64,000 bases of DNA from Phyllobates terribilis (taxonomy: Eukaryota). How positions within the stretch are numbered: the stretch's first letter is position 1; the number at the start of each line of letters is the position of its first letter. The translations under genes and the position numbers were made by a program. The stretch lies in contig NW_027362764.1 in the NCBI RefSeq assembly GCF_046119375.1, positions 163,246,001 to 163,310,000 on the forward strand, written 5' to 3'. Positions 36,689 to 48,847 of this stretch are shown piece by piece. The notes below the pieces were generated by a model. It searched no databases. It was given only the letters and a program-made list of their open reading frames with translations, and was not told the origin of the DNA.

Positions 36689-37812
36689 CACGTTCTAATG
36701 TATCGCACAATCGTCTGTCTGGTCCTTTTCTGCCGCTGTCTATTCCTAGCAGACCATGAACACACTTGTCCATGGATTTTATTACTGACCTACCGGTATC
36801 TGCAGGCAAGATTGTGTTACAGGTGGTTTTAGATAGGTTCAGGAAAATGGTTAATTTCATCACATTACCAACACTTCCGAATGCCAAGTCTCTTACTCAG
36901 GTAATCATTAACCCTACAATGCGTATCGAGGGCCTTTTACGCCCCGGTGCTTACTTTTTTGCAATTATCTGCAAAATTACTTTAGTTAGAATTTTGAAAC
37001 TCTAGGTATTCCTCAAGTATGTCGTTGTTGGTAATATCCAGTTGTTCATATAATTTTTTTGATAGGCATTTTGGTGTAACAATGGTTTTTTGGGGAAAAC
37101 CATATCTGTACGGAACTGGGGCCTTTCAGGCCCCCGCTATTTTTATCATGTACTCAGCAGTGTTTGTGTCTCAAGCTACTTTATTTGTAGTCAGAGTTGC
37201 TGGTGGAGGGGCCAGGGGGTGGATCATGCCATGTGAGGATGTCATGTGATTTTGGGAGGGAGTGATAAGGTCTAAAAGGAAGACGTATCGCTTCTGCAAA
37301 AAATAAGTCCTGGAAAAATATCTCAAAAGAGGAACTTTATGCATATATTGGACTTTTACTGCTGGCAGGGAGTCAAAAATCGTATGCTGTTCCAATAAGA
37401 GAATTATTTGTGGACCCACTTTCTGATCCACACTATAAAGCGACAATGGCAGTGGACAGATATGAGGAAATTAGAAGAAACATTCGATTTGATGATAAGC
37501 GAACTTGTGCAGCGAGGTTCCAAACAGACAAATTAGCCCCTATCAGTTATATCTGGAACATATTTATCAAAAATTGCACCAAACTTTATAATCCTAGTAC
37601 TAATGTTACAGTAGATGAGCAACTTGTACCCTTCAGAGGACGTTGCAAGTTCATACAATACATGTCCAGTAAACCAGCCAAGTATGGAATAAAAATCTTC
37701 TGGATGTGTGATTCTGCAAATTATTATGGCATAAATGGCCTTATCTACTGTGGCAAAGAAGTTGATGCTACAGTACAGAAAGATCTAGGGTCTCAGATTG
37801 TGAAAACACTTG

Positions 37813-39110
37813 TGTGGCGCCCCTGAGGGTTCAGTCACCATAGGGGTACTGCACCTCAGTTCGAGGTGTGGTATCTCCTCTCCCAGGTAAGGATGGAGCA
37901 TCTCACAGGACCCCACTTCACCATTCAACACTACACCACTCCTGTCCTGAAGGGGGCCTAAATGCACCAGGGTGCTGCCCCGGCCCGGGATAGAGGGGAT
38001 GGGGGGAACCAAAAGATAGGGGGAACCATGTAGTGGGTGAGGGTGGAGGACACACTTTTAGGAAACACTTATTTTTTTATATTTAATCTACGGCCATCTT
38101 AAGTTCAAGGTCTTTGATTGTGATATTCGTCTGTGATTGTGGTCTTCGTCTCTGATTGTGGTCACCCGCCAGAGTCCAGCAGGCCGCAGCCGACTGAAGA
38201 TACACGGTCCTTGTTCTCTGGCCTTGAGACGAGGAGCAGGTCAGAGTTAACCACTGTCTCTACCCGGTCAAGGTCCTTACCTAAGAAGGCCTGGAGGGGA
38301 GCGGAGGAGACAGGCTCCACAGGCAAAAGGATCTTAGGGGGATACGGACGGAGCGGCCTACGCCACCTGTATTCTTTATTCTGGCCTAGTCAGAGGTATT
38401 CCTGCTGCAAAAGGGGTGACCGGCCCCCGATATCTGACTTTGTTACTTCACGTCTCAGCCGGAAAAGCCCGGAGGATTAGTGGATCCCAGGGGGGATGCG
38501 GACGGAGCGGCCTACGCCACCTGTATCTCTCTACCTGTGTTTTATCCAGTGGGACCCGGCTTTACACCTTGTTCTAACCACACACAGTCAGGAGAAGACT
38601 TAGTGGGAGAACAACCTTACAAAGGAGAGGAACACACACCAGAGGGGTCTCGACAGGTGCTCCTGATCTAGCTGGAAAGTGCTGAACCCCCTTCCCGGTG
38701 GCCGCAGTACGCCGTGTGTATCAGAGGGAAGCTTTGCGGCTAAAGTTCATCTGAATGTGAGTAAAAACCCTGGATGACTTCACACACCGCCTCAGCCTGT
38801 TATTTCCTGCATGGCACTGCACCCACCACTCTTCCTCACACTGCCCTGAGGCCTGCTCCGCCTGCGGGGAGCCGTATTCATCTAAGCTGCCCGTAACACC
38901 GGCCTCAGTGGACTGAAGCAGCGCTGGTGCTCATCACCGGAAACCGTAGGTGGCGTAGTTGAAAAATACCACTCTTACTTGAAAGCCCATTAAAAGCCTT
39001 TTATGTGACCGCCCTGGGCATGGACCGGGTCCAGGCCACGACTGCCTCCCCCGCTGCCCCTGCACCGACCCGGCTCCAAGTAACCCCATTTCTCAGGGAG
39101 GGCCTCACAC
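37813..39110 (+). mobile_element. Solo LTR (1298 bp), related to the 47210-52001 LTR family
   Basis: TGTGG...TCACA. 4-bp TSD CTTG. The start (CCCTGAGG..GGGGTACTGCACCTC..GAGGTGTGGTAT..GGTAAGGATGGAG) aligns to the minus-strand start of the 47210 LTR. Confidence 0.88.
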
Positions 39111-39510
39111 TTGAAGTACCAATATACGATTCAGGTAGAAACATTACCATGGACAATTATTTTACCAATGTTGCGCTGGGCAATTTTCTGCTTGAAAAAG
39201 CTGTTACACTTGTTGGTCCTATGAAGCAAACTGATGAGAAATTCCTCAAGCAATGAAACACAATCCACAGCGAGCACTTTATGAGAGTGTATTTGGTTTC
39301 AATAACAAAGCGACACTGGTATCTTACAAAGCGTAGAAGGAGAAATCCATTATATTACTCAGTAACATGCATTATGACAGCAGTATTGACATCAATGACA
39401 GGAAATTGAAACCAGAAATCATCCTGTATTACAATAAGACTAAAGGACATGTAGACAAAATGGATGAATTGGTGGGAGAATATTCATGCAAGAGGCAAAC
39501 AAGACGTTGG

Positions 39511-40660
39511 TGTAACGGGTCGGGGAGGTGGAACCTCTGAGCAACTATACAAGGGGGCAGTCCTTGTAAGGAAGCGGGTGGCTCCCAGGGAAGGCGGGCA
39601 GGTAGTCACGGCTAGTGACGGGGACAGTCTCTGGGTAGAAGGGCAGGAGGACACGGCAGGTGACAGGGACAGTCTCTGGGTAGAAGGGCAGGAGGTCACG
39701 GCAAGTGACGGGGACAGTCTCTGGGTAGAAGGGCAGGAGGACACGGCAGGTGACAGGGACAGTCTCTGGGTAGAAGGGCAGGAGGTCACGGCAAGTGACG
39801 GGGACAGTCTCTGGGTAGAAGGGCAGGAGGTCACGGCAAGTGACGGGGACAGTCTCTTGACAGGCGGGTGGTCACGGCAAGTGACGGCAGAGCCTCCAGG
39901 TAGGCTAGCAGGCAGGTAGCAGGTGGACGCTCCCAGGTGAGCGGACAAGAGTCTCTGGACAGGCAGGTGGTCACAGCAAGTGACGGCTCCAGGTAGGCTA
40001 GCAGGCAGGTAGCAGAGGAGCGCTCCCAGGTGAGCGGGCAAGAGTCTCTGGACAGGCAGGTGGTCACGGCACGTGACGGCAGAGCCTCCAGGTAGGCTAG
40101 CAGGCAGGTAGCAGGTGAGCGCTCCCAGGTCAGCGGGCAAGAGTCTCTGGACAGGCAGGTGGTCACGGCAGGTGACGGCAGAGCCTCCAGGTAAGCAAAC
40201 AGGCAGGTAGCAGGTGAGCGCTCCCAGGTGAGCGGGCAGACTGATCCATAGACAGACTGGCAGGGCTGGTAGGCAGACTGTCGGACCGCAGATAGATAAG
40301 TAACAGGCAGGAATCTGGCAGGTGACTGGCAGGTGACTGGCAGGTAACTGGCAGGTAACTGGTAACGGGACCTGAGGGCTGAAGCAGAATTGAAAGGCTT
40401 TGCAACAACATTGCTTGGGCATCTCCATTTTGGAGGAGGTGCCTTATATATGGTGAGGTCCTCCGGCCATTGGCCGGGGACTCCTTAGGACGGCGCGTGT
40501 GGCCCCTTTAAGAGAGGGGGAGCGCGCGCGCGCCCTAAGCACAGAGGCCGGGAAGCAGCGCGCGCTGCCAGCAGAGCGGGAGGAAGCCGCCGGGCACGGA
40601 GCGGAGAGGTGAGGGGAACGGCGTCCCTGCCTAGCAGGAGGCAGGGACGCCGACGCTACA
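39511..40660 (-). mobile_element. Solo LTR (1150 bp) with ~60-bp internal tandem repeats
   Basis: TGTAAC...GCTACA. 5-bp TSD GTTGG. Orientation inferred from a TATATAA on the minus strand near 40445-40451. Confidence 0.88.
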
Positions 40661-42849
40661 GTTGGTCTGTAGTAATTTTTTCAAATATGCTTGATCTAGC
40701 AGCCCTGAATTCATTCATTATTTATACAGAAACTCATCCAGAATTCCATGCAAGGAGGAAGGACAGGAGACGCCTATTCTTGAAGGACCTTTTCCATGAA
40801 CTTGTAATGCCTCACACGATGGAGTGAAGCAACATGAAATGCTTGCCAAAGCAAACTAAAGAAGCAATGAAATGGTGTGGCGTACAGTTTCAGGATATTC
40901 CAGGGCCAGGAGAAAGAAAACGAAAGCGTTGTTTCATTTGTCCAAGAAACTTAGAGAGGAAAACTGAGCGATATTGTACCACTTGTGGGGAAAATGTCTG
41001 TAAAGAACATTCTTCAGAAAAGATAACATGTGAAAATTGTTTGGAAGACCAATAAAATTGAAAAGGAAAAGTTAGAAAAGAAATGTAGCTGCAGCTAGTT
41101 TACTCTAGATTTATATACCTTTGTGTGTTTTTCATATCTTTGTTTGAAATTTGGAAAAAAAAATGTTTTTTGGTGTTTTCTACAAAAAATTATAATTAAA
41201 ATGTTGTGTATTATTCATATCTTATTTTGCAATTTTGAAATAAACTTGTAAAAGTTATTTATGTGAGTTTCTCCATATGATTTGCACGGGGACCTAAAAG
41301 GTGTAGATTTGTGATGTCACGCATGCTAGGGTTAATGAGATTGTTAAGCTTTACGAAGTTCCTTCCGATGTAGTGTCAGATTGGGGGACCCAGTTTGTTT
41401 CTAAATCCTGGAAAGCTTGCTGTACTCGACTGGGGGTGCAGTTGTCTTTTTCTTCTGCCTTACATCCTCAGTCGAATGGACAGAGCTCATTAATCATAAT
41501 TTGGAGACTTACCTCAGGTGTTTTGTCTCCAATAACCAGGAGGATTGGGCATCCTGCTTACCATTGGCTGAGTTTTCTATTAATAATCATCATCAAGTAT
41601 CTACTGACAGGTCACCTTTCTTTGGTGCATATGGTTTTCATCAATAGTTTGGTACCTTTAGTGCGGGATTGGCTTCGGGAGTTCCTGAGGAGGAACATTT
41701 TGCTTCGTCGCTCTCTTCTGTGTGGCGGGGGGTTCAGAGTAATTTGAAGATCATGGGAGACAGATACAAATGTCTACCAGGAATATCAAGTTGAAGGTTC
41801 CTTCCTGCTTGGACCTAGATTTATTGGTCCCTATAAAATACCAGCCATCATTAACCCAGTAGCGTTTCGTCTTGAGTTACCTTCGGCTCTTAGGATCCAC
41901 AATGTGTTTCACAGGTATCTGCTCAAGAAGTATGTTGTACCTCTTGAGTCCTACCCCCTGCCGCCACTCCCAATCATGGTTGGTGGCAATTTGGAATTCC
42001 AAATTTCAAAGATTGTGGATTCTCATCTTCAACGTCGTTCCCTTCAGTACTTGATGCACTGGAGGGGTTATAGTCCAGAGGAAAGGATGTGGGTTTCAGC
42101 ATCAGAGGTGAATGCCCCTAGGTTGGTTCATTCTTTTCATGCCTCTCATCCAGGGAAACCTGGTCCTGAGTGTCCGAAGGCCACTCGTAGAAGGGGGAGT
42201 ACTGTCATGGGTGTGTCAGGTTTGACAGATAATCATTCTGGATCCGGCTGTAGAAGGTCTCTGCGCTTGGCCTTGCATACACCTTCTTGATCTTTTCATC
42301 ATTCCTCCTTCTCTAGGATGCAGCAGTGATCTCCTCCTTCTGCTGCTAATTGACACACCCTTGCTGGATCTTTAAATACCCTAATTTTCTCCAGAGAGTT
42401 GCTGGCGATAGAGTTAATTCCTCTGTTCAGGTCTAGAGTTCTGGCAGTCGGCTGAATTCTTCTTGGAGTTCCTTTGTAGTTTGTGATCATCATCTCTCTG
42501 GTGTCTTCTCAAAGCTAAGTGTATCCCCCTGTATGTTTCCCTTGTTTGTCTTTAGTTGCAGTGGGGCTGACTAGTTCTCATCCCTCCCCTTCCCTCCTTA
42601 GGACCTAGCTCTAGGGTCAGCCAGGGCTAAGGTATCCTGTTCGGCGATAGGTGCGTAACCTATTTAGGGACGATATGGGAGTCAGGGTGTTGTTAGATCT
42701 GCTTAGGGCTCTCCAATCCCCCTTTCCCTAGTTACAGGGCTTCCCCCCTTTTCCCATCATTGTATGCTGTGTTCTTCCCATAGCTAGCATGACATTTTCA
42801 CAAACTGTTGTACTTGCTTATTTTCACTAAAAACGCAGCAAAACCTGAT

Positions 42850-43099
42850 AGCTATGTTCACACTAGGCGTTTTTTCACTACTGATTACTTCCAATGGGTG
42901 AAAAACGCTGAAAGAAGTGACATGTTCGATTCTGCAAAAAAACATGCAAAGCACAAAATACTGATCAAACAAAAACCAAGGTGTGTGCATGAGATTTCTG
43001 GAATCTCATAGACTTTACTGGTACTATAAAACGCAGCTGAAAATTTGCATAAAAAAAGCATAAAAAAACGCTGAAAAAACGCAATGTGTGAACATAGCC
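42850..43099. mobile_element. PIF/Harbinger-like MITE
   Basis: GCTATGTTCACAC ... GTGTGAACATAGCC|TAA. Confidence 0.75.
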
Positions 43100-43355
43100 T
43101 AATACTGTACTGCTCGCAAAGGCAACTTAGCCTCTGCAGCATTGGAGAAACGCAGGAACTCTGAAGATCTAGTCATCTGGTCAGCTTCATAGAAACTCTG
43201 GCAAGCTGTATAGCAAACACATTGCAAGCGTGAACTTCTTGCCTAGGAAAGCAGTCACCTCATAAAAGGTAATAACCTAGGCAACAAACTGTAAAATATG
43301 AAATTAACATTCAGTCTGTTTTTGAGAATGGGGAGAATTTTGAATAGCCCTTTAA

Positions 43356-43554
43356 GGCTGTGTGCACACTTTGCATTTTTGCTTTGTTTTTTCAGTGCAG
43401 ATTTGTCACAAAACCTGAAGGGTTTCCTGATGCCAGCAAAGTGAATGAGAATCCTGAAGTCTCATGCACATTTTTGACCTGCGTTTTTCCTGCCAAGAGA
43501 TGCAGAAATGATGCAGAAATTTCTGCATCAAATACTTAACATGTGCACATACCC
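43356..43554. mobile_element. PIF/Harbinger-like MITE
   Basis: TAA|GGCTGTGTGCACA ... TGTGCACATACCC|TTA. Confidence 0.7.
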
Positions 43555-46329
43555 TTAAACCCTTTTAAACCCTTTTGAAGTTTATTAGTATTACAACTTT
43601 CTCACGGAGATCTCACTGACATCAGTGAGGTGAACAAGGCATCTAGATGTAGCAAAGCTAGACTTATCGTGTGACAAATGGATTATCTTCTCGTCGGACA
43701 GGTGAAGAATATGGTGGTTTATTATTTTTCCTTTTTACATAATAAATGGGTAAAAGAGGGGAGTGTTTATTTTAATAAAGGAGTCTGTGTCATTATTTCA
43801 AATAAAGGACTTTATTCTGGGTGTTTTTTATTTACAATATAACAATGGGGTTACTAATAGGGACATCTTATAGACACCTCTCCATTACTAACCTCTGGGC
43901 TTGATGTCAGCTGGCAATTCAAAACTGACATCAACCCCAGTACTATTACCCCACTTGCCAACGCACCAGGGCAAGTGGGAAGAGCCAAGGCTAAGCACCA
44001 GAATTGGCGCATCTTATGGATGCGCCACTTCTGGGGTGGCTAAGAGCTGATGTTTGTAGCCTGGGAGGAGGCCAATATCCATGACCCTTACCTAGCCTAT
44101 TAATATCAGCCCACAGCTGTCAGCCTAGCCTTTGCTGGTTATTAATTCTTGGTGGGACCCAACGTAATTTTTTTTGGGGGGGGTCCCCCATTTTAATAAC
44201 CAGTAAAGGCTAAGTATACAGCTGTGAGATGATATTAATAGCCTGGGAAGCTCCATATGCATTGCCCCCTTCACTAGGCCACTAGGCTGTAAACATCAGC
44301 CCCCAGCTGTCTTCTTTCCCCCAGCTGGTTAACAAAATTTCGGGGGATTCTACATCATTTTTTTTTGTAATTTATTTATTTATTACTAAAATACATATAC
44401 ATTAAGCTACAAACGCACTGTACTAATTATGTCACACATATTTCTATCTATTCTATGTATATTTATCTATTATATCGTGACGGGTCACACTGTGAATTTA
44501 CTGTACTGATGAAATGTTGAGTTTTCTAGGAGATGGGTCTGAGTGCTAAGCGATTTTTTTTCTTATCGCACCCATTGATTTGCATTGGCGAGTCTCGTCC
44601 GATATATGCGGCCACTTGCAGCATGCTGCGATTTTTTTCTCAATCAGATCTGAGCTGAGAAAAAAAATCGCAGATGAGCCGGGAATTATTGAATAACATT
44701 AGTCAGCAATCCAATTTTTTATCGGATTGTTCTCGTCCATTTCTCTCTCGAATGAGTATGAGCCCATTTCTGAATAACTGGATCACTGACTAAAGCAGTA
44801 AGTACTTTATATAGCTCTCTGATGTAATAAAGAGTGTATTTGACTCACCGTAACAGCACCAATCTTGTCCATGGGCTATATTTGATAATACAGCTTAATC
44901 CCGTTTATTTTAATGGGTATGAGTGGCAATATTATACACAGCCAGTGAACAAGAGTCGCAACGTTTTGGTTAACAGTTCATTTCTAGTTTTGGGTATTCC
45001 ATTTTAAGCCATTGTCCCTTATAGATACTTGTATTGGACTCGTTTACTCATTGCTTACTTTCAAATTGTTCTTTTTGAAAGTAATTACATTAAAATAAAC
45101 CTTTTCATCAGGAAAAATAAGGTTCTGGCAGGCAGACATGAGTTCTCAGGTCAGTTTAAAGTGGACGTTTCCCTTTAGCTGGCAGCGCATTGTACGTTGT
45201 GAATGTGAAAATGTGAGAGGAAAAATGAAAATAAATGCAGATCCCCATGAGGCTAGGCTTATTATGGGGCTACTGTATGAACAGAAAAATCAGCATTTGT
45301 TGCCGAGTCAGGGAAACCACAGTTGAATGATACCACGTCATAGTCGCTGGCCAGAAAAAACACGAGTAGCAATAGTATCCTATGTCTGCCCTCTTGCAAA
45401 ACCCCCCACCCAATTAAAATATCCTATTTGGAGAAGCCTAGTATTCAGAAGAGCTAAAGTACAGCATGTAACTAAAACATGGCAATGCTGTTTGGGGTTT
45501 TTAATCCTAATTATAAGCAGTTGTAATGAATGCATTTTATAATGGAAATCAGTGGAAATGTTGGGAATAATTTCCCCCCTTTGATTTATAGAATAGTTTC
45601 CTTCATTGACTTTCGCTAACTGACAGAGCTAATGTTTTTCTGTACTGCACACATAGGAATTTTCTTGAGGTTCTTTGACAGGTTCCTGAGAGGTCTTTGG
45701 CACAGATACTTGGCTATGTGACAGACTCAGGATGGAATAAGTGATAGGCTGCGCATGAAGTGTGTCTTTCAAAAATTCAGCATTCAAGGAAACCTTTTAA
45801 TGGTATCATCGTGTAATGAAATACTATAGGTAGTGATTTTCCATGTCTGCGAGCTAAGCCATTCACAACTCATATGTTATATTATTATTTACAGATGATA
45901 CCAACACTTTCAAATAATGGAAAAGTTACATTTCTTGTTTATAGGAAAAATGTATTTATTTATATACATCAAGAGACATTTTCATCAGGGGTATAACAAT
46001 CACAGTCTAGGGAATGTGACTGCAACCCGGCCCGAAAAAGAGGAAAGTGGGCTGGCAGCATGGGCTGGCAGCATGGCCTGGCCCTCCACAGAGATGCTGT
46101 AGTACTATCCTGAGACTCATTTGGAGTCCAGCGCAACACTGCGCAACACCATCAAATAAGAGATAGGGGAGTCCCCATTTGATCCGAGGCACAACCCTTG
46201 TGCACTTTTGCCATTTTCAGGCTCCTTTGCCGGCTCTGTTCTGTGGACTCATTCGCTGTGGACTTCTGTGCCCTGCCTGTGTGAATGTGAGCTTTGTTGT
46301 TTAAAGAATACTGGCTACATGAGCCAACT

Positions 46330-46640
46330 CTCTACAACTAATGCAAACATGGACAAAACAGAACTCTTCATCTATCTTCCATCTTACTAATCACGTTCAC
46401 CAGACCTATCTATCACAGTTAATGATACTATAATTTCCAGTCTCACAAGTCTGCTGCCTCAATGTAACTTCTGCTTTTGCACTATCCTTCAAACTATACA
46501 TCCAAGCTATTACCACCTCATCCTGAAAACATTTAGCCAATCAACTCAAATTCAGCAAAAATTTTATTACATACCTTCATCATCTCTTACCTAGACTACT
46601 TCAACAACCTCCTCTGTGGTCTTCAATTTAATACTGTTGC
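46330..46640 (+). mobile_element. L2-clade LINE RT C-terminal fragment
   Basis: NMDKTELFIY..PDLSITVN..SFK.YIQAITTS, frameshifted. Confidence 0.65.
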
Positions 46641-48847
46641 CATAGTTCCCAATCTTCCACAATCCAGTGGGATAATACCAGCTTTAGGTCTCTGAGCCGC
46701 TGTACCAGGCGGTGAGCCAAGTGTCCCACCCTGACATCATCAGGGTAGTGCTGCACAATATGAGCACTGACCTGCTGAGCTCAAACTGAGCAGCGCTGTA
46801 CAGGTGAGCCGCAGTATCCCCGGAGAAGACAGAAGCGGTTTATCACCACTATCTGTCTTCTCTTCTGCAGCCACAAAGCAGTCAGTGAGTGCCATGTGCT
46901 GAATGGAAGCTTAACAAAGCCAAGGATTCTGTTACACCTAGTGATCACATGATCGATGGGTCTCTGCCTGACACATGCACCTGGGATAAAATGATCTTTA
47001 TTCCTCCTGAGAGCCACCAACTTAAAGCCTCGCTGACACATCAGCATGACTGATAGTCGGCGACTCCAGGGAAGAATAAAGCTCATTTTCTCCCGGGCGC
47101 TTTCATAACACTCTTAACCTGCAGAATAACCCTATAGTGCATATGCAGATTAATAGTGTTATCCAACTTGACAAGTTCCCCTTAAATAGCAAATACATAT
47201 TTATTATAATGACGCGTCCCCTGGGCCAGTGTTGTTTGGGGGATACCCGGAGCCGGATCAGATGGGGGTTGTAGTCTCCGAGTGGCGGTGACCCGGTCCG
47301 TGCCCAGGGTGTCAAGCTCAGTGTGTGGCAGTCCTACGGATGTTACTGGATGTTCTTTAGTGTCGACTACGCCACCCGTTGATTTGCGGTCACTACGGCC
47401 GCCGCTGCAGCAGGGTCCGCTGAGGCTGGTGGTGTGTGTGCAGCTCAGGTAGTATAACCCCCAACGGGAGGGGTATAGCCTCAGGGGGTCAGTTGCAGAG
47501 GATGGTGGTTGTGGAGGTGCAGTGAGGATGGTAATGAAACTCAGAGTCGGGCTGTGCAGTTCAGGGTCTTTACTTACTGCTGTTGTTCTGGTCACTCCGG
47601 CCTTGAGTGACCACCCGAGCCGTGCTGCGTCCACCAGGTCCTGGACTCGGCCAACCCCCAGGTGATTCTGGAGCGTGGTCCTGAGCTCCCTTTCTGACTT
47701 GTCCTTCTCCCTGGCCTTCCCCACCAGGGATCCACCTAAGTCCGGCTCCCTCGGGCCTCTTGTTGGTAAACCCTTGTCTCTGGGTTCCCTGACCCTATTC
47801 TTGGTTTGGCTTCCGGGTGGATTTAGTGGGTGGTCGTGGCAGATCCTGCCCACGACCTCCGGTCTCTGGCTAAGGATTAGGGCCCTCCACCAGCTTGGGA
47901 TCCGGTACCCTTGTGCCAACTCTTCACCCTCTGATCTAATTTTGGGTTCTTGGAGTTCTCTCTTCTCCCCCTCTGGGTCCTTCTTTCTCCTCTCTCTCTC
48001 TCTTGGCCTTGGAGCTGGCTGAGCTGCTCTGCTTGTCTGACCAAACCTCTACAAAAGACCCTGTTCTAAGATGGTTCCCACCTTATATACTCCCTCTATG
48101 TGTGAGCTCAGGTGACCAGCACCCAATGAGCTCCTAGCTTTACCCAGACTGCTCCCCCTATCTGCCCCTACACTACTGGGATGTTCCACCCCCCCTCCCA
48201 CTCCAGCCAGGGACAGACACTGTCGTACCTGCACATTTCTCTAGTGGGAGTACCATTGATCTGTCCCCCGGAAATGGGATGTATGTAGTGCATGCAGCCT
48301 ACTGAGCTCAGTTCCACACTCCATCCTTACCCGGGCGTGGAATACCACACCTCTGGCTTGAGGTGCAATACCCCTGTAGCAGCCGAATCCTCAGGGTGCT
48401 ACATTCCCCCCTGGTAAATCACACCACGTCCTCGGGCTGTTAAAGATAAAAACATCCAAAACCATACAATTATTTTTCATAAACATAAACATATAAAACA
48501 TCACATATATTATCAGCAATAAAACTTTTCATATAAATAACATTCTTGTAAACATTCCTGTCTCTGGTTCCTCCGGTCACGGTGCAACTTGTGACCGGGT
48601 AAAGTGCGACAGTCTCTTGAAGAAACACGGTTTTCCTATAAAACCAGTAGAGGGCGCTTTAGGAAGCGCAACTATATACAAAGGGGATATGGCCGCTCTC
48701 AGTCCTCGGCCAGGTAATAGGGACACACGGGTTAACAGTTCACACTTTGTCCCAACGGGGAACATATTTTAAATAAGTAACAGTTCTTGGTACCCCGACG
48801 GGCAACTTTATACAGTCTCTCTTTACCGTACTTCAACGACGGCGTCC

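Larger units (their letters stand above)
37260..41055 (+). pseudogene. piggyBac (PGBD-like) transposase remnant in three pieces
   Basis: ELYAYIGLLLL, VTVDEQL, KPAKYGIK, ITMDNYFT, KGHVDKMD, C-terminal Cys-rich domain CFIC..CTTC..VCKEH..CENC. Frameshifts and stops; N-terminus missing. Confidence 0.93.
36912..41331 (+). mobile_element. piggyBac transposon containing two solo LTRs
   Basis: TTAA|CCCTACAATGCGT ... ACGCATGCTAGGG|TTAA. The Gypsy frame (VIIN|EIVK) rejoins across it. Confidence 0.95.
33362..42794 (+). mobile_element. Decayed chromoviral Gypsy element with deletions and five nested insertions
   Basis: 5' LTR from 33362 (truncated near 33760); 3' LTR 42203-42794; TSD GTTTC/TTTTC. RT 33770-34470 (YLDD), integrase pieces 35620-35744, 36693-36907 and 41336-, chromodomain ~41985-42140, PPT AGAAGGGGGAG. 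Confidence 0.92.

Noticed and set aside
44506-44530. Other CTGATGA boxes (44506, 57169) as hammerheads
   Set aside because: No helix II closed by GAAA follows either box.
47182-47919. 245-aa ORF in the 3' LTR as a separate gene
   Set aside because: It is the LTR copy of the leader frame, starts at TTG rather than ATG, and runs out into flanking DNA.
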